This document shows, one piece after another, positions 1-7,120 of a stretch of DNA of 13,805 nucleotides. The notes beneath the pieces are model-generated. The model was given only the letters and a program-made list of their open reading frames with translations. It had not been told where the DNA came from and did no database searches. Source of the stretch: a virus (taxonomy: Duplodnaviria > Heunggongvirae > Uroviricota > Caudoviricetes); the IMG/VR virus record IMGVR_UViG_2713896779_000020. The stretch is one strand, 5' to 3'. Numbering within the stretch: the first letter of the stretch is position 1; every line of letters starts with the position of its first letter. The position numbers and the translations under genes were made by a program.

Positions 1-2
1 TT

Positions 3-62
3 TGGCGGAAGCGCAGAGATTCGAACTCTGGAACCCTTTCGGGTCGCCGGTTTTCAAGACCG
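3..62 (-). other. Prophage attachment-site core: 3'-terminal 60 nt of tRNA-Ser(UGA) (serT-type); the 5' half of the tRNA is absent, so this is a partial copy, not a functional tRNA gene
   Basis: Reverse complement of 3-62 is CGGTCTTGAAAACCGGCGACCCGAAAGGGTTCCAGAGTTCGAATCTCTGCGCTTCCGCCA: anticodon loop CUUGAAA (anticodon UGA), long variable arm typical of tRNA-Ser, T-arm GGTTCGAATC and CCA end. The bases 5' of it on that strand (revcomp of 63-100) cannot form a D-arm or the acceptor 5' strand. It lies directly beside an integrase gene. Confidence 0.8.
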
Positions 63-203
63 AAGAAAAACAAATAAAAATCAGTGCAATACGTAAAATT
101 GCTGAAAAGTTAATCAAATTTAACACCAAGAAAAATCAAGGTATTAGGAAGTTGCTCATAGCTAGTATACCAAGTCTTTTTGCCAGAAATTTTTCTGGAT
201 TGT

Positions 204-1223
204 CTACTTGCTAACCACGAGCGGCAAATCCAGTGTTGGTGTGATTTTTGTTTTACGATCGTAAATCAACACCTGATTTTCTGTTTTATGCCCGCTGAAA
301 ATTTGTTTGTCGCGACTGCTGCCTTCGTAATCTGAGATCCCCTTGGCTTTTATGTCGTGAAAATTGCACCCGAACGGAACGCCAACTTTTTGCTCGGCTG
401 CGCGTTTAGCCTGATTCCACCAGTTATTCAGCGTTTTAGCTATGACTTTCCCGCCTTTGGTTGTATTGATCACATATTCGCATGTACAGGAAGATACATT
501 TCGGGCTAACTGGATCGCTGTACGTAATCGCGGTGACCATTCCTTGATTTGTTTGGTGCCGGTTTTGTTTTGCTCAATGTAGATCCCTTTATCCATAATA
601 TCCTGCCATTTCAACTCAAGCACATCACCGAGTCTTGCCGCACAGAGATAGGAAATCTCCATTGCAATGCGTAACTGTGGAATTGCTTCCGCATATATCG
701 CCGCATACTGTTCATCGGTGATGTAAACAGTGCGGGCTTTAAGAGAGAATTTTCTGACTCCTTTGCATGGGTTATTCTTCACATACCCACGCTCATATCC
801 CCACCCGTATACTCGACTCAGGCTTGCCAGTTCATGATTTGCCTGGGTCTTGCTCTCAAGCCCTCGTTTATCCATGAAAATTCTTACCTGCTCAGTTTTG
901 ACATTATCAGCAAGCACTTTTCCGAATACCATCAGCAACGCCTTCTGATGTTGTCGATAATCTTTTTGGGTTCGGGGGGCCAGTTCTGTAAATGCAGGGG
1001 AGTCCATAAACATGTGCCACAATTTAGCTACGGTCATTATGTTGTGGAGTTTTGCTTTTTCCAGTTCATAATTTTGCCAGACTTTATCTACGCTGGTTTT
1101 CCGCACTCTTCCTAGCCCTATACTTCTTGTACTTCCTTCGGGTTTCCACACGTAACTGTAACCATTCGATCTAACCCGCGGTGGCAGTACATTATCTTTT
1201 TTATTTTTTCTTGGTCTTCCCAT
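204..1223 (-). CDS. int: Phage integrase, tyrosine site-specific recombinase (339 aa)
   Basis: 339-aa ORF next to the tRNA-derived att core. The N-terminus is basic (MGRPRKNKK) and the C-terminal region has recombinase-like residues (ARLGDVLELKWQD ... FHDIKAKGISD ... VLIYDRK with a candidate catalytic Tyr). Family assignment is from memory and position. Confidence 0.85.
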   Translation of the reverse strand: MGRPRKNKKDNVLPPRVRSNGYSYVWKPEGSTRSIGLGRVRKTSVDKVWQNYELEKAKLHNIMTVAKLWHMFMDSPAFTELAPRTQKDYRQHQKALLMVFGKVLADNVKTEQVRIFMDKRGLESKTQANHELASLSRVYGWGYERGYVKNNPCKGVRKFSLKARTVYITDEQYAAIYAEAIPQLRIAMEISYLCAARLGDVLELKWQDIMDKGIYIEQNKTGTKQIKEWSPRLRTAIQLARNVSSCTCEYVINTTKGGKVIAKTLNNWWNQAKRAAEQKVGVPFGCNFHDIKAKGISDYEGSSRDKQIFSGHKTENQVLIYDRKTKITPTLDLPLVVSK

Positions 1224-1443
1224 TGTTCAGCGCCTCAAAATCGGGTTCAGCAGAAACCAGTTCAGATGTTTTTGGCATCGTTGTCAGACCGTGTGGAATA
1301 TCCCTGCGGAGAACTATGGGTTCGTTTTTAGGGCCGATTACAAATGGGATGCCGTGCAGTCTTAACTGGTGTTGCTGTTTTGTGTATCGCTCGTATTTCG
1401 TGATCTCTTTAATCTCTGCTGGAGATAGAGTTAATTCGTACAT
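1201..1443 (-). CDS. xis: Putative excisionase / small DNA-binding protein (80 aa), overlapping the integrase start
   Basis: Small ORF immediately upstream of int, overlapping it by 23 nt as in int-xis pairs. I chose the internal ATG at 1443 (MYELTLSPAEIKEI...) because the longer form starting at 1581 would overlap the 3' end of the exonuclease gene by about 70 nt. No recognisable motif, so the call is positional. Confidence 0.5.
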   Translation of the reverse strand: MYELTLSPAEIKEITKYERYTKQQHQLRLHGIPFVIGPKNEPIVLRRDIPHGLTTMPKTSELVSAEPDFEALNNGKTKKK

Positions 1444-1510
1444 GTGGTCACGTGCCTTTACAGCATGACCGCCGCCACTATAGCTGGTGGGCGGCGATAT
1501 GGGTTGAACA

Positions 1511-4236
1511 TCAAAAATCAGCCTGACTCGGGAGCAGTTTTTGCCAGATGGCTGAAACGTATTTCGCCTGGTAACGTGCATCGTTCAGAGCGTTATGGCG
1601 TTCACCTTCGAATGGAATAGTCGTTCTTGCGTCGAAATCCATCACCAGTCCCAGAGCAACCATCGTTCTTACATCGCGATCATTGGTGTAACGACATGGG
1701 CAGGGGATCCCCTGCCGTTCATATGAACGGCGTAAAATCACGTTGTCGAAAGTTGCACCGTTACCCCAGACCTGAACAAAAAATTCACCGGAGTTTTCGT
1801 CGATAAATTCCCGTAATTGCAGCAGTGCATCATCTAACGGGATTTCATCGGTAAGAATGGCGGATTGCGCTTCGCGTGACTGTTTCAGCCACCACTTAAT
1901 GGTGTCCCGATCAATGACTCCGCCAGCAGTTTCCAGATCGATAGTTTTGCTGAATTCTGGCCCCATCTCTCCGGTTTGCGGATCGAAAAATATTGCACCT
2001 ATTGAGATAATCGGGGCATCAGGATTTTTTCCCATTGTTTCAAGGTCAATCATCAGATGGTGCCACAACCTGCTGGTGGATGTAATTTCACGATGACCGT
2101 TCACCTTAATTAAGGGATTTGCTGTCTCGCCACTTTCATTATCTGTGGTGTGGTAGTGATCGCCGCCACTGCCTTCCATTTCCTCCTGAGCTTCAGCCTG
2201 ATTTTCTTCATCGAATGTTTCCTGGCAGGTTGCGTCGCCCATCACCGCGCCACAATCAGGGCAGTTGCCGCCACCACTCTGACCGCAGGCGGTACAGACT
2301 TTTTCCTCTTCCTGTTGCGCTACTGGTTCGGATTGTTTCGTTTCTGGCTCGTCTTGTAACGCATTTGGGCTGTTTTGTTCCGCTTTTTGGTCGTTCTGTT
2401 CCGTTTCTGACTGGTTCTGGTTCACAGAATCGCAGGTTTCAATCCCCTTCACCCATTTCGGATCATTCGGGTCGCTAATCCCTTCAACAAATTCACCACG
2501 TGATGCAGCAAGCAATTTATCGGCGTCAGGCTGGCTGATATTGGCTGCCTGCATAATTTTGTTTACTTCGTCAGCGGTAACTTTTACCGGCTCCGGTTGT
2601 ACGGAATCTTCAGCGGTATCCACATTTTGCGGTAAGTCCGTGTATGTTCCGTTTTTGCGGGCAAGATATTCTTCTTTCGTGATTTCAGTAGCCCCGGCAG
2701 CCAGCGCCTTGTCCAGACCAGAAAGTTTGTTTGCGCGACCGTATTTTTCGCCATCCTTGTCGGTGAAGAGGAANNNNNNNNNNNNNNNNNNNNNNNNNNN
2801 NNNNNNNNNNNNNNNNNNNNNNNGCTGATATTGGCTGCCTGCATAATTTTGTTTACTTCGTCAGCGGTAACTTTTACCGGCTCTGATTGTTCGGAATCTT
2901 CAGCGGTATCCACATTTTGCGGTAAGCCCGTGTATGTGCCATTTTTTCGGGCAAAATATTCTTCTTTTGAGATTTCGGTACCGCCGGCAGCCAGCGCCTT
3001 GTCCAGACCAGAAAGTTTGTTTGCCCTGCCGTATTTTTCCCCGCCCTTATCGGTAAAGACGAAATAAAATGGTCCTTCACGCTCTACAGATGGTTCAGCT
3101 TCCACCAGGATTTCATTTTTTTGAGTATCGGATTCTGCCGTCTCCACTGGAGCAGTTTGTGCTGCTGACGGCTGGAGAGCATCAGTAGAGCTCTGGTCTG
3201 TTTCTTCATGTTCAAACACGCCCTTTGTCGTCAGGTATTCACTGATATATTTGTTCAGTGCAACGGGATCTTTGTGAATATCGATCGGACGTTCGCGAAC
3301 AAGGCCAAAAATAGTCTGACGGTCATAGCCAAGTGCTTCGGGCTGTTTGCGCATTGATGCTGAGATACGCTTCCAGTCTTCGCGATCCTTGTCGATAACC
3401 TCATTTGTCGCCCAGCGATGGATGGTACCGTCAATGTTTCCTGCATCCACATCACCGGGCCAGAGGGCGCAGGCCAGTTCATTGTCGAGTGTTTTCCATG
3501 TCTGTTTGTATTCGCGGCGAATGGCAACAGTGACAGCCCCGGTTTTTTCAGCAGCGTTTTCAGTGTTCTGTTGGTTGACTCTGGCGCGGGTGAGATCAAC
3601 AACAGACGTGTATTTTCCGGTTTCCTTGCGTTCACCTTCGCGACGTTTTTTCCAGATGCGCATCTCTGCCTGAATTTCAGGCCATTTAGCGCCAGGCTCA
3701 CATTTATGCTTAACCCACCCGATGGCATGCAGTTTAAGTTCAGGATACATGGCGTTAACTTCTGGCATTTTCATCAACGCTTCAACGATATGTCCGCCGA
3801 ATGTTGCCATGTCTTCCTGTAGTAATTCCTGTGCGCTAATCACCATATCAACGGTGATGTTTTCGCATGTGTCGAATTTAACCAGGACTGCGTTCTGTAC
3901 TTCAGGGGACAGCTTGTCAAAATTGACGTTCATCGGATCGGATTCTGGTTCGACCGGTACAAAGGAAGCTGACTCCTCATCCCAGCGGTTTTCCTGCATA
4001 TATTCGGTATCCCAGGAATCGAGGGCAGGGCGGGGTATGCCGGGTTTATCCTCGCAGACAATAAATTTATAAGCGCAGTCCTGAGCTGCCGGGAATTGCT
4101 CCAGAAATTGCCAGTGAAATTTTGCGCGTGCGCGACGCTCATCACCGGCTTCAATGGCAGTGGCCACCGCAACAGCGCTATCTTCTTTTATGGCCTGTTC
4201 GTCAGGAATAGCAGCGCAAATAAAGATTTTACTCAT
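1511..4236 (-). CDS. Large phage exonuclease (annotated in related prophages as exodeoxyribonuclease VIII-like) with a C-terminal DEDD-type 3'-5' exonuclease domain; interrupted by a 50-N gap and a duplicated 240-bp segment
   Basis: The ORF-track pieces 2584-4236 and 1511-2623 share the peptide [30 protein letters not shown] in the two repeat copies. The C-terminal part shows the three DEDD motifs (MIDLETMG; [13 protein letters not shown]; [10 protein letters not shown]). If the two repeat copies are collapsed, the two pieces join in frame into one ORF of about 812 codons. The reading frame across the N-run cannot be verified. Confidence 0.6.
2534..3063. repeat. Imperfect 240-bp direct repeat (2534-2773 and 2824-3063) flanking the N-run
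   Basis: Both copies start GCTGATATTGGCTGCCTGCATAATTTTGTTTACTTCGTCAGCGG. Constant offset of 290 nt with no indels; by my hand count about 20 mismatches over 240 bp (roughly 90% identity). Confidence 0.9.
2774..2823. other. Run of 50 N (assembly or scaffold gap, or masked bases)
   Basis: Literal n characters in the sequence. Confidence 0.99.
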
Positions 4237-4329
4237 TGTGTTTTAACCTCATTACAGATTTAAGGGTGAACAAATCCCTGCCATTGCTGGCATATAAAAA
4301 TGAAACCGGATATTAATTACGGTGCTGTT

Positions 4330-4521
4330 TTAAAGTCCTGCCGGTATTTCGTTATTATTAGTGTGAGTAGTTTTATCTACCGGATAACAGTTACCGGGAA
4401 TTTTTTGTTCTGCTGCTGCAGCCATGCATTCTTTCATTGAACCGTATAAGCCAGTCACCAGCTCAAGAGATTCGCCGGAAACAAGATAAACTGTCAGAAC
4501 GAGTGCAAATGTTGTATTCAT
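4330..4521 (-). CDS. ydfD: Small membrane protein, YdfD-like (DUF1482-type), 63 aa
   Basis: 63-aa ORF directly downstream of dicB with a hydrophobic N-terminal segment (FALVLTVYLVSG) and a C-terminal KIPGNCYPVDK...EIPAGL. The size and position match ydfD of the Qin dicB locus as I recall it. Confidence 0.6.
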   Translation of the reverse strand: MNTTFALVLTVYLVSGESLELVTGLYGSMKECMAAAAEQKIPGNCYPVDKTTHTNNNEIPAGL

Positions 4522-4706
4522 TGTTTATATCCTTTTTGCAGCAGGTCCAGACGAGCCAGCATTGAAGGAATGCATACTTCATTTAACAGGTCCTGCTCGA
4601 GTTTTCTCTGCTTAATGGCGTCTTCAATAAATGTTTTGTCTCCAGTGATAACGCCAATTTCGAAACGAAGTTCAGACGTGCTGGCATTACATGATAACTT
4701 TTCCAT
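4518..4706 (-). CDS. dicB: Cell-division inhibitor DicB homologue (62 aa)
   Basis: The internal-ATG product MEKLSCNASTSELRFEIGVITGDKTFIEDAIKQRKLEQDLLNEVCIPSMLARLDLLQKGYKQ is the same length as E. coli K-12 DicB and shares its blocks (FEIGV, TEDAI..RK, SMLARL) as recalled. GAGGA ribosome-binding site 5' of the ATG. The longer track ORF (to 4814) would run into the dicF region. Confidence 0.8.
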   Translation of the reverse strand: MEKLSCNASTSELRFEIGVITGDKTFIEDAIKQRKLEQDLLNEVCIPSMLARLDLLQKGYKQ

Positions 4707-4885
4707 TATCGCGTCCTCAACAATGAATTTTGTGATGCGGTGCCTGGTGCCTTCAGGTGACGTTAACCAGTTAACAATTAACGCCGGATACAGAGCATTC
4801 TCGTTACTCAGCAAATGACCGCTTTACCGATTTAACTGTTCCGCGTGCGCTGAGCCGCATTCACCGCATCACAAAATTCACTTTT

Positions 4886-4944
4886 AAAAAAGGGCGGCAG
4901 AGCAGTCACGGAGTAAAACTGATACCGCCAAATGTCACCAGAAT
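4886..4944 (-). ncRNA. dicF: DicF small RNA homologue with intrinsic terminator tail
   Basis: The minus strand reads ATTCTGGTGACATTTGGCGGTATCAGTTTTACTCCGTGACTGCTCTGCCGCCC followed by TTTTTT. This differs at only two positions from the 53-nt K-12 DicF sequence as I remember it, and it lies directly upstream of dicB as in Qin. Confidence 0.85.
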
Positions 4945-5279
4945 ATTGATAACAGAGGGCGTTGCAGCGGGGTTGTCACTTAAGCGTATGGTCAACCTGA
5001 CAACCCGGTGTCCTCAACGGGGAAAGAATAACCCCGCCATACTTACCGCCGCGCCATTTCGCGGATTGCCACAACCGGAAGCGCACGGTCGAATTAAATT
5101 TAACGACGGCTCTAAGGGAGAAGGACTTCGCCGTGCACTTTCGTGTTATGCCCTGACTTTTCAGGGATATATCCTTTCAGTAAACTGTCAGTGCCGGATT
5201 CTTATCTGTGTCCGGCGCACGACCACACGTAGCAGCGTGTTGGTCTCCATTTTTAATTCAGCCCTTAATGGAGGATAAA

Positions 5280-5465
5280 ATGCCAAACAAACCATGCCCT
5301 GCCTGTAACGCTCTTTCTGGCTTTTTAGAGAAGGGCGGTTATTACATTTTTAACTGTCCAGAACATGTTGAATTTCATATATCAAAACTTGACAGTATCA
5401 TTACAAAGCCAAATCAGTATCAGTCTGATTTACTGAATAAAGAGTTAAACGCCGCCCGAGATTAA
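5280..5465 (+). CDS. Small zinc-ribbon protein, Lar/RalR-like (restriction-alleviation family), 61 aa
   Basis: GGAGG ribosome-binding site 6 nt before the ATG at 5280. Product MPNKPCPACNALSGFLEKGGYYIFNCPEHVEF... has a C-x2-C ... GYY ... C-x2-H pattern resembling the KPCPFCG...GYY...C-x2-C arrangement of Rac RalR/Lar as recalled. It is on the opposite strand to the surrounding operon. Confidence 0.5.
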   Translation: MPNKPCPACNALSGFLEKGGYYIFNCPEHVEFHISKLDSIITKPNQYQSDLLNKELNAARD

Positions 5466-5502
5466 GGGCGTAGTGGCCCATTAAAAATATTGCAAAGACC
5501 AA

Positions 5503-6041
5503 CTATTGTTGAACTGGATTAAACCAGTAATTCTCTATTGCTCTTATTGTTACCATCGGATGATTGCCGGGGGTTATTTTAAGTTCGGGAGGAAAAGGCT
5601 CTCCATCAGCAGCCATCATTGAGTATGTGAAATCCGCCGACGCAGTCCCTTTCATGATAATTCCGAATTTTTCAAGTAATGAGAGCAGTTCCGGTAATCC
5701 TGTGTCATCTGAATAACTTTCCTCATAGAAAGAAGCGATTGCCGCAGGAGATGACAGTTCTCGCTCTGCAATTTTTTTGTAGTTTTCCAGAATTCTTTTT
5801 TTGAATACTTTTCCTCGACATGAAAACCCATCACCGAGGCAATCCGCTTTGCAGTTTCTTCAGTATTCTGGTTGTTTGTTACCGAAACAGAGTACAATCC
5901 GGTAAACGCATCGCGCACATTACGAGCCATATTATCAATGTATTTCTTCGTTGCAGATTCTAATTCAACTTCGTTCAGACGTTGGTGAAGTGCATGTGCT
6001 GCAATTTCCTGGATTTCTTTTAGTAAATCTTTAAATTCCAT
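5503..6041 (-). pseudogene. Hypothetical protein gene with a -1 frame change: the N-terminal frame (track ORF 5652-6041, 129 aa) continues in the -1 frame to a stop at 5503-5505; either a frameshift, a homopolymer sequencing error or programmed slippage
   Basis: GGAG ribosome-binding site before the ATG at 6041. After the A7 run (plus-strand T7 at 5796-5802) the annotated frame turns into low-quality sequence (LQSENCHLLRQSLLSMRKV...), while the -1 frame reads a protein-like 95 aa with no start codon (...KKRILENYKKIAERELSSPAAIASFYEESYSDDTGLPELLSLLEKFGII...NPVQQ*). Total span is 539 nt, consistent with one frame change. Confidence 0.5.
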
Positions 6042-6052
6042 CTTTAACTCCG

Positions 6053-6181
6053 TTAGTCGTTAGATTTTGCCGAACTGGAAAGCGCCTGTTTAAACTCACT
6101 GAAGCTGAGAGCTTCCTCGCCTTCGGCAAGGCCTTCGAAGTATTCTTCGTAAGCCTTTTCCATGATTGTGTCGAAATCCAT
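6053..6181 (-). CDS. ydfB: Small acidic protein, YdfB-like (42 aa)
   Basis: ORF below the 60-aa track threshold, found by hand: MDFDTIMEKAYEEYFEGLAEGEEALSFSEFKQALSSSAKSND. AGGTGA ribosome-binding site; the start is 1 nt after the ydfA-like stop. Size and position match ydfB of Qin as recalled. Confidence 0.5.
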   Translation of the reverse strand: MDFDTIMEKAYEEYFEGLAEGEEALSFSEFKQALSSSAKSND

Positions 6182-6182
6182 A

Positions 6183-6338
6183 TCACTCACCTGAGTTTCT
6201 TTCCAGCCAGCGACGGGCACCATTTTCGGTTTTAAACGTTTTGCTTTTGGTATACGTCATCGCGGTGAATGTACCGTCCTGGTTGGGAAACACGCCGTAC
6301 ACCAGAGATTCGTTGTTGCCAAGATCGATAGTATCCAT
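6183..6338 (-). CDS. ydfA: Small protein, YdfA-like (DUF1391-type), 51 aa
   Basis: Internal ATG at 6338 with a GAGG ribosome-binding site gives MDTIDLGNNESLVYGVFPNQDGTFTAMTYTKSKTFKTENGARRWLERNSGE. It is the first gene after the leftward promoter; size and position match ydfA of Qin as recalled. Confidence 0.5.
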   Translation of the reverse strand: MDTIDLGNNESLVYGVFPNQDGTFTAMTYTKSKTFKTENGARRWLERNSGE

Positions 6339-6519
6339 GTTGACCTCATTTCCCCTTAACGCCGGGTAGCGGAACAAAAACCTGCTGCATAGTTATTAAA
6401 GTTGAACCCTGCCGTCATGTTCATACGCCTCGGGCTGGCTACTTACCCCCTGACCACTGCCTGGTAACTCGAAGTATTGCCCGGCGTTCTGTGGGGCGGG
6501 GTGGGTGGTTGGTGTATGT

Positions 6520-6562
6520 AATCTACAATTAAAAACTGTTTTGTGTCAACAGTTTTTAATTG
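6520..6562 (-). promoter_or_regulatory. Leftward early promoter (PL-like) with overlapping palindromic operator for the ydfA-ydfB-dicF-dicB operon
   Basis: Minus strand: -35 TTGACA (6549-6544), 18-bp spacer, -10 TAGATT (6525-6520). It is embedded in a perfect palindrome CAATTAAAAACTGTT-N7-AACAGTTTTTAATTG (6526-6562). Confidence 0.55.
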
Positions 6563-6573
6563 TTGTTTTGGGC

Positions 6574-6595
6574 AAAAAAATCCCTCGAAAGAGGG
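6574..6595 (-). terminator. Intrinsic terminator ending the repressor-antitoxin-toxin operon
   Basis: The minus strand reads CCCTC-TTTC-GAGGG followed by A-TTTTTTT, located 20-40 nt downstream of the parE-type stop. Confidence 0.5.
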
Positions 6596-6614
6596 AGTAT
6601 GAAAATTGTTCAAC

Positions 6615-6902
6615 TCAGATAGAGAAGGGAAATTGTCGCCGAGAATGTGTCACGCTTACAATCTCAATGCTTGAAGCAGCTACTCTGTACAGGATTATGT
6701 AGTTAGGGTGGGTCACGATCTCTCTCAATCCAGAAACCCGTTCGCTTGGTGGATATAAGTACGGATGCTCAGATAGAGGTAATACCGATGTTTCAATGCG
6801 TATTTTTAGTCTACGTGCTGCCGGTGGGTTCTCCTTGGCGATGTAAGTTATGATCTGGCGCAAATCATCGCGAGCAGACGGTAGCCATAAAATGGGTAAC
6901 AT
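6615..6902 (-). CDS. parE: Type II toxin, RelE/ParE family (ParE2-like), 95 aa
   Basis: MLPILWLPSARDDLRQIITYIAKENPPAARRLKIRIETSVLPLSEHPYLYPPSERVSGLREIVTHPNYIILYRV... fits the ParE pattern as recalled. The start overlaps the antitoxin stop (TAATG). Confidence 0.7.
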   Translation of the reverse strand: MLPILWLPSARDDLRQIITYIAKENPPAARRLKIRIETSVLPLSEHPYLYPPSERVSGLREIVTHPNYIILYRVAASSIEIVSVTHSRRQFPFSI

Positions 6903-7093
6903 TACTCGCTCTTGTTAGTTACAGCAATTTGAGCAATAAGATTTTCCATTTCAGCCATTACCTCGTCATGTGGAATTGCGGGGCGAGTGTCTGCAAGGCT
7001 TGACGTTACTTTAGTGCGCAACCATTCGTTGTAACTGTTTTCTTGTTCGGTAGTTTCGAATTCTGAAACTATCGGAGAAAGGGCTGTACCCAT
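6902..7093 (-). CDS. paaA2: Antitoxin, PaaA2-like (ParE-associated antitoxin), 63 aa
   Basis: MGTALSPIVSEFETTEQENSYNEWLRTKVTSSLADTRPAIPHDEV... closely matches the PaaA2 sequence of E. coli O157 as I recall it (ALSPMVSEFETIEQENSYNEWLRAKV..SLAD.RPAIPHDEV). GAGGAG ribosome-binding site; immediately upstream of the toxin. Confidence 0.65.
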   Translation of the reverse strand: MGTALSPIVSEFETTEQENSYNEWLRTKVTSSLADTRPAIPHDEVMAEMENLIAQIAVTNKSE

Positions 7094-7120
7094 GGCATAA
7101 CTCCTCTTCTTGTACTGTGG

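Noticed and set aside
3-90. A complete tRNA-Ser gene
   Set aside because: Only the 3' 60 nt match a tRNA. The adjacent sequence cannot form the D-arm or the acceptor 5' strand, so I call it an att-site fragment.
2-214. 70-aa plus-strand ORF at the left edge
   Set aside because: It overlaps the tRNA-derived att core and the AT-rich arm region, starts at a non-ATG codon and has no ribosome-binding site. Read-through of structured DNA, not a gene.
834-1468. Plus-strand ORFs 834-1115 and 1181-1468 inside the integrase and xis genes
   Set aside because: Antisense to a well-supported integrase, with Cys/Phe-rich low-quality translations.
1201-1581. Long 126-aa form of the excisionase-like ORF
   Set aside because: It would overlap the 3' end of the exonuclease gene by about 70 nt; the internal ATG at 1443 gives a compact 80-aa protein.
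2534-3063. The direct repeat as a CRISPR array or mobile-element terminal repeat
   Set aside because: Only two copies, 240 bp long, coding, and separated by an N-run. This fits an assembly overlap, not CRISPR or an insertion sequence.
1857-4172. Antisense ORFs within the exonuclease gene (1857-2096, 2119-2478, 2150-2359, 2541-2828, 2831-3067, 2874-3080, 3255-3728, 3347-3673, 3418-3822, 3722-4072, 3930-4172)
   Set aside because: All lie inside or antisense to the long exonuclease frame. Their translations are Arg/Ser/Cys-rich or repeat-derived, typical of shadow ORFs.
4946-5278. 110-aa plus-strand ORF upstream of the Lar-like gene
   Set aside because: No ribosome-binding site and a poor-quality translation. 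The region looks like structured non-coding leader.
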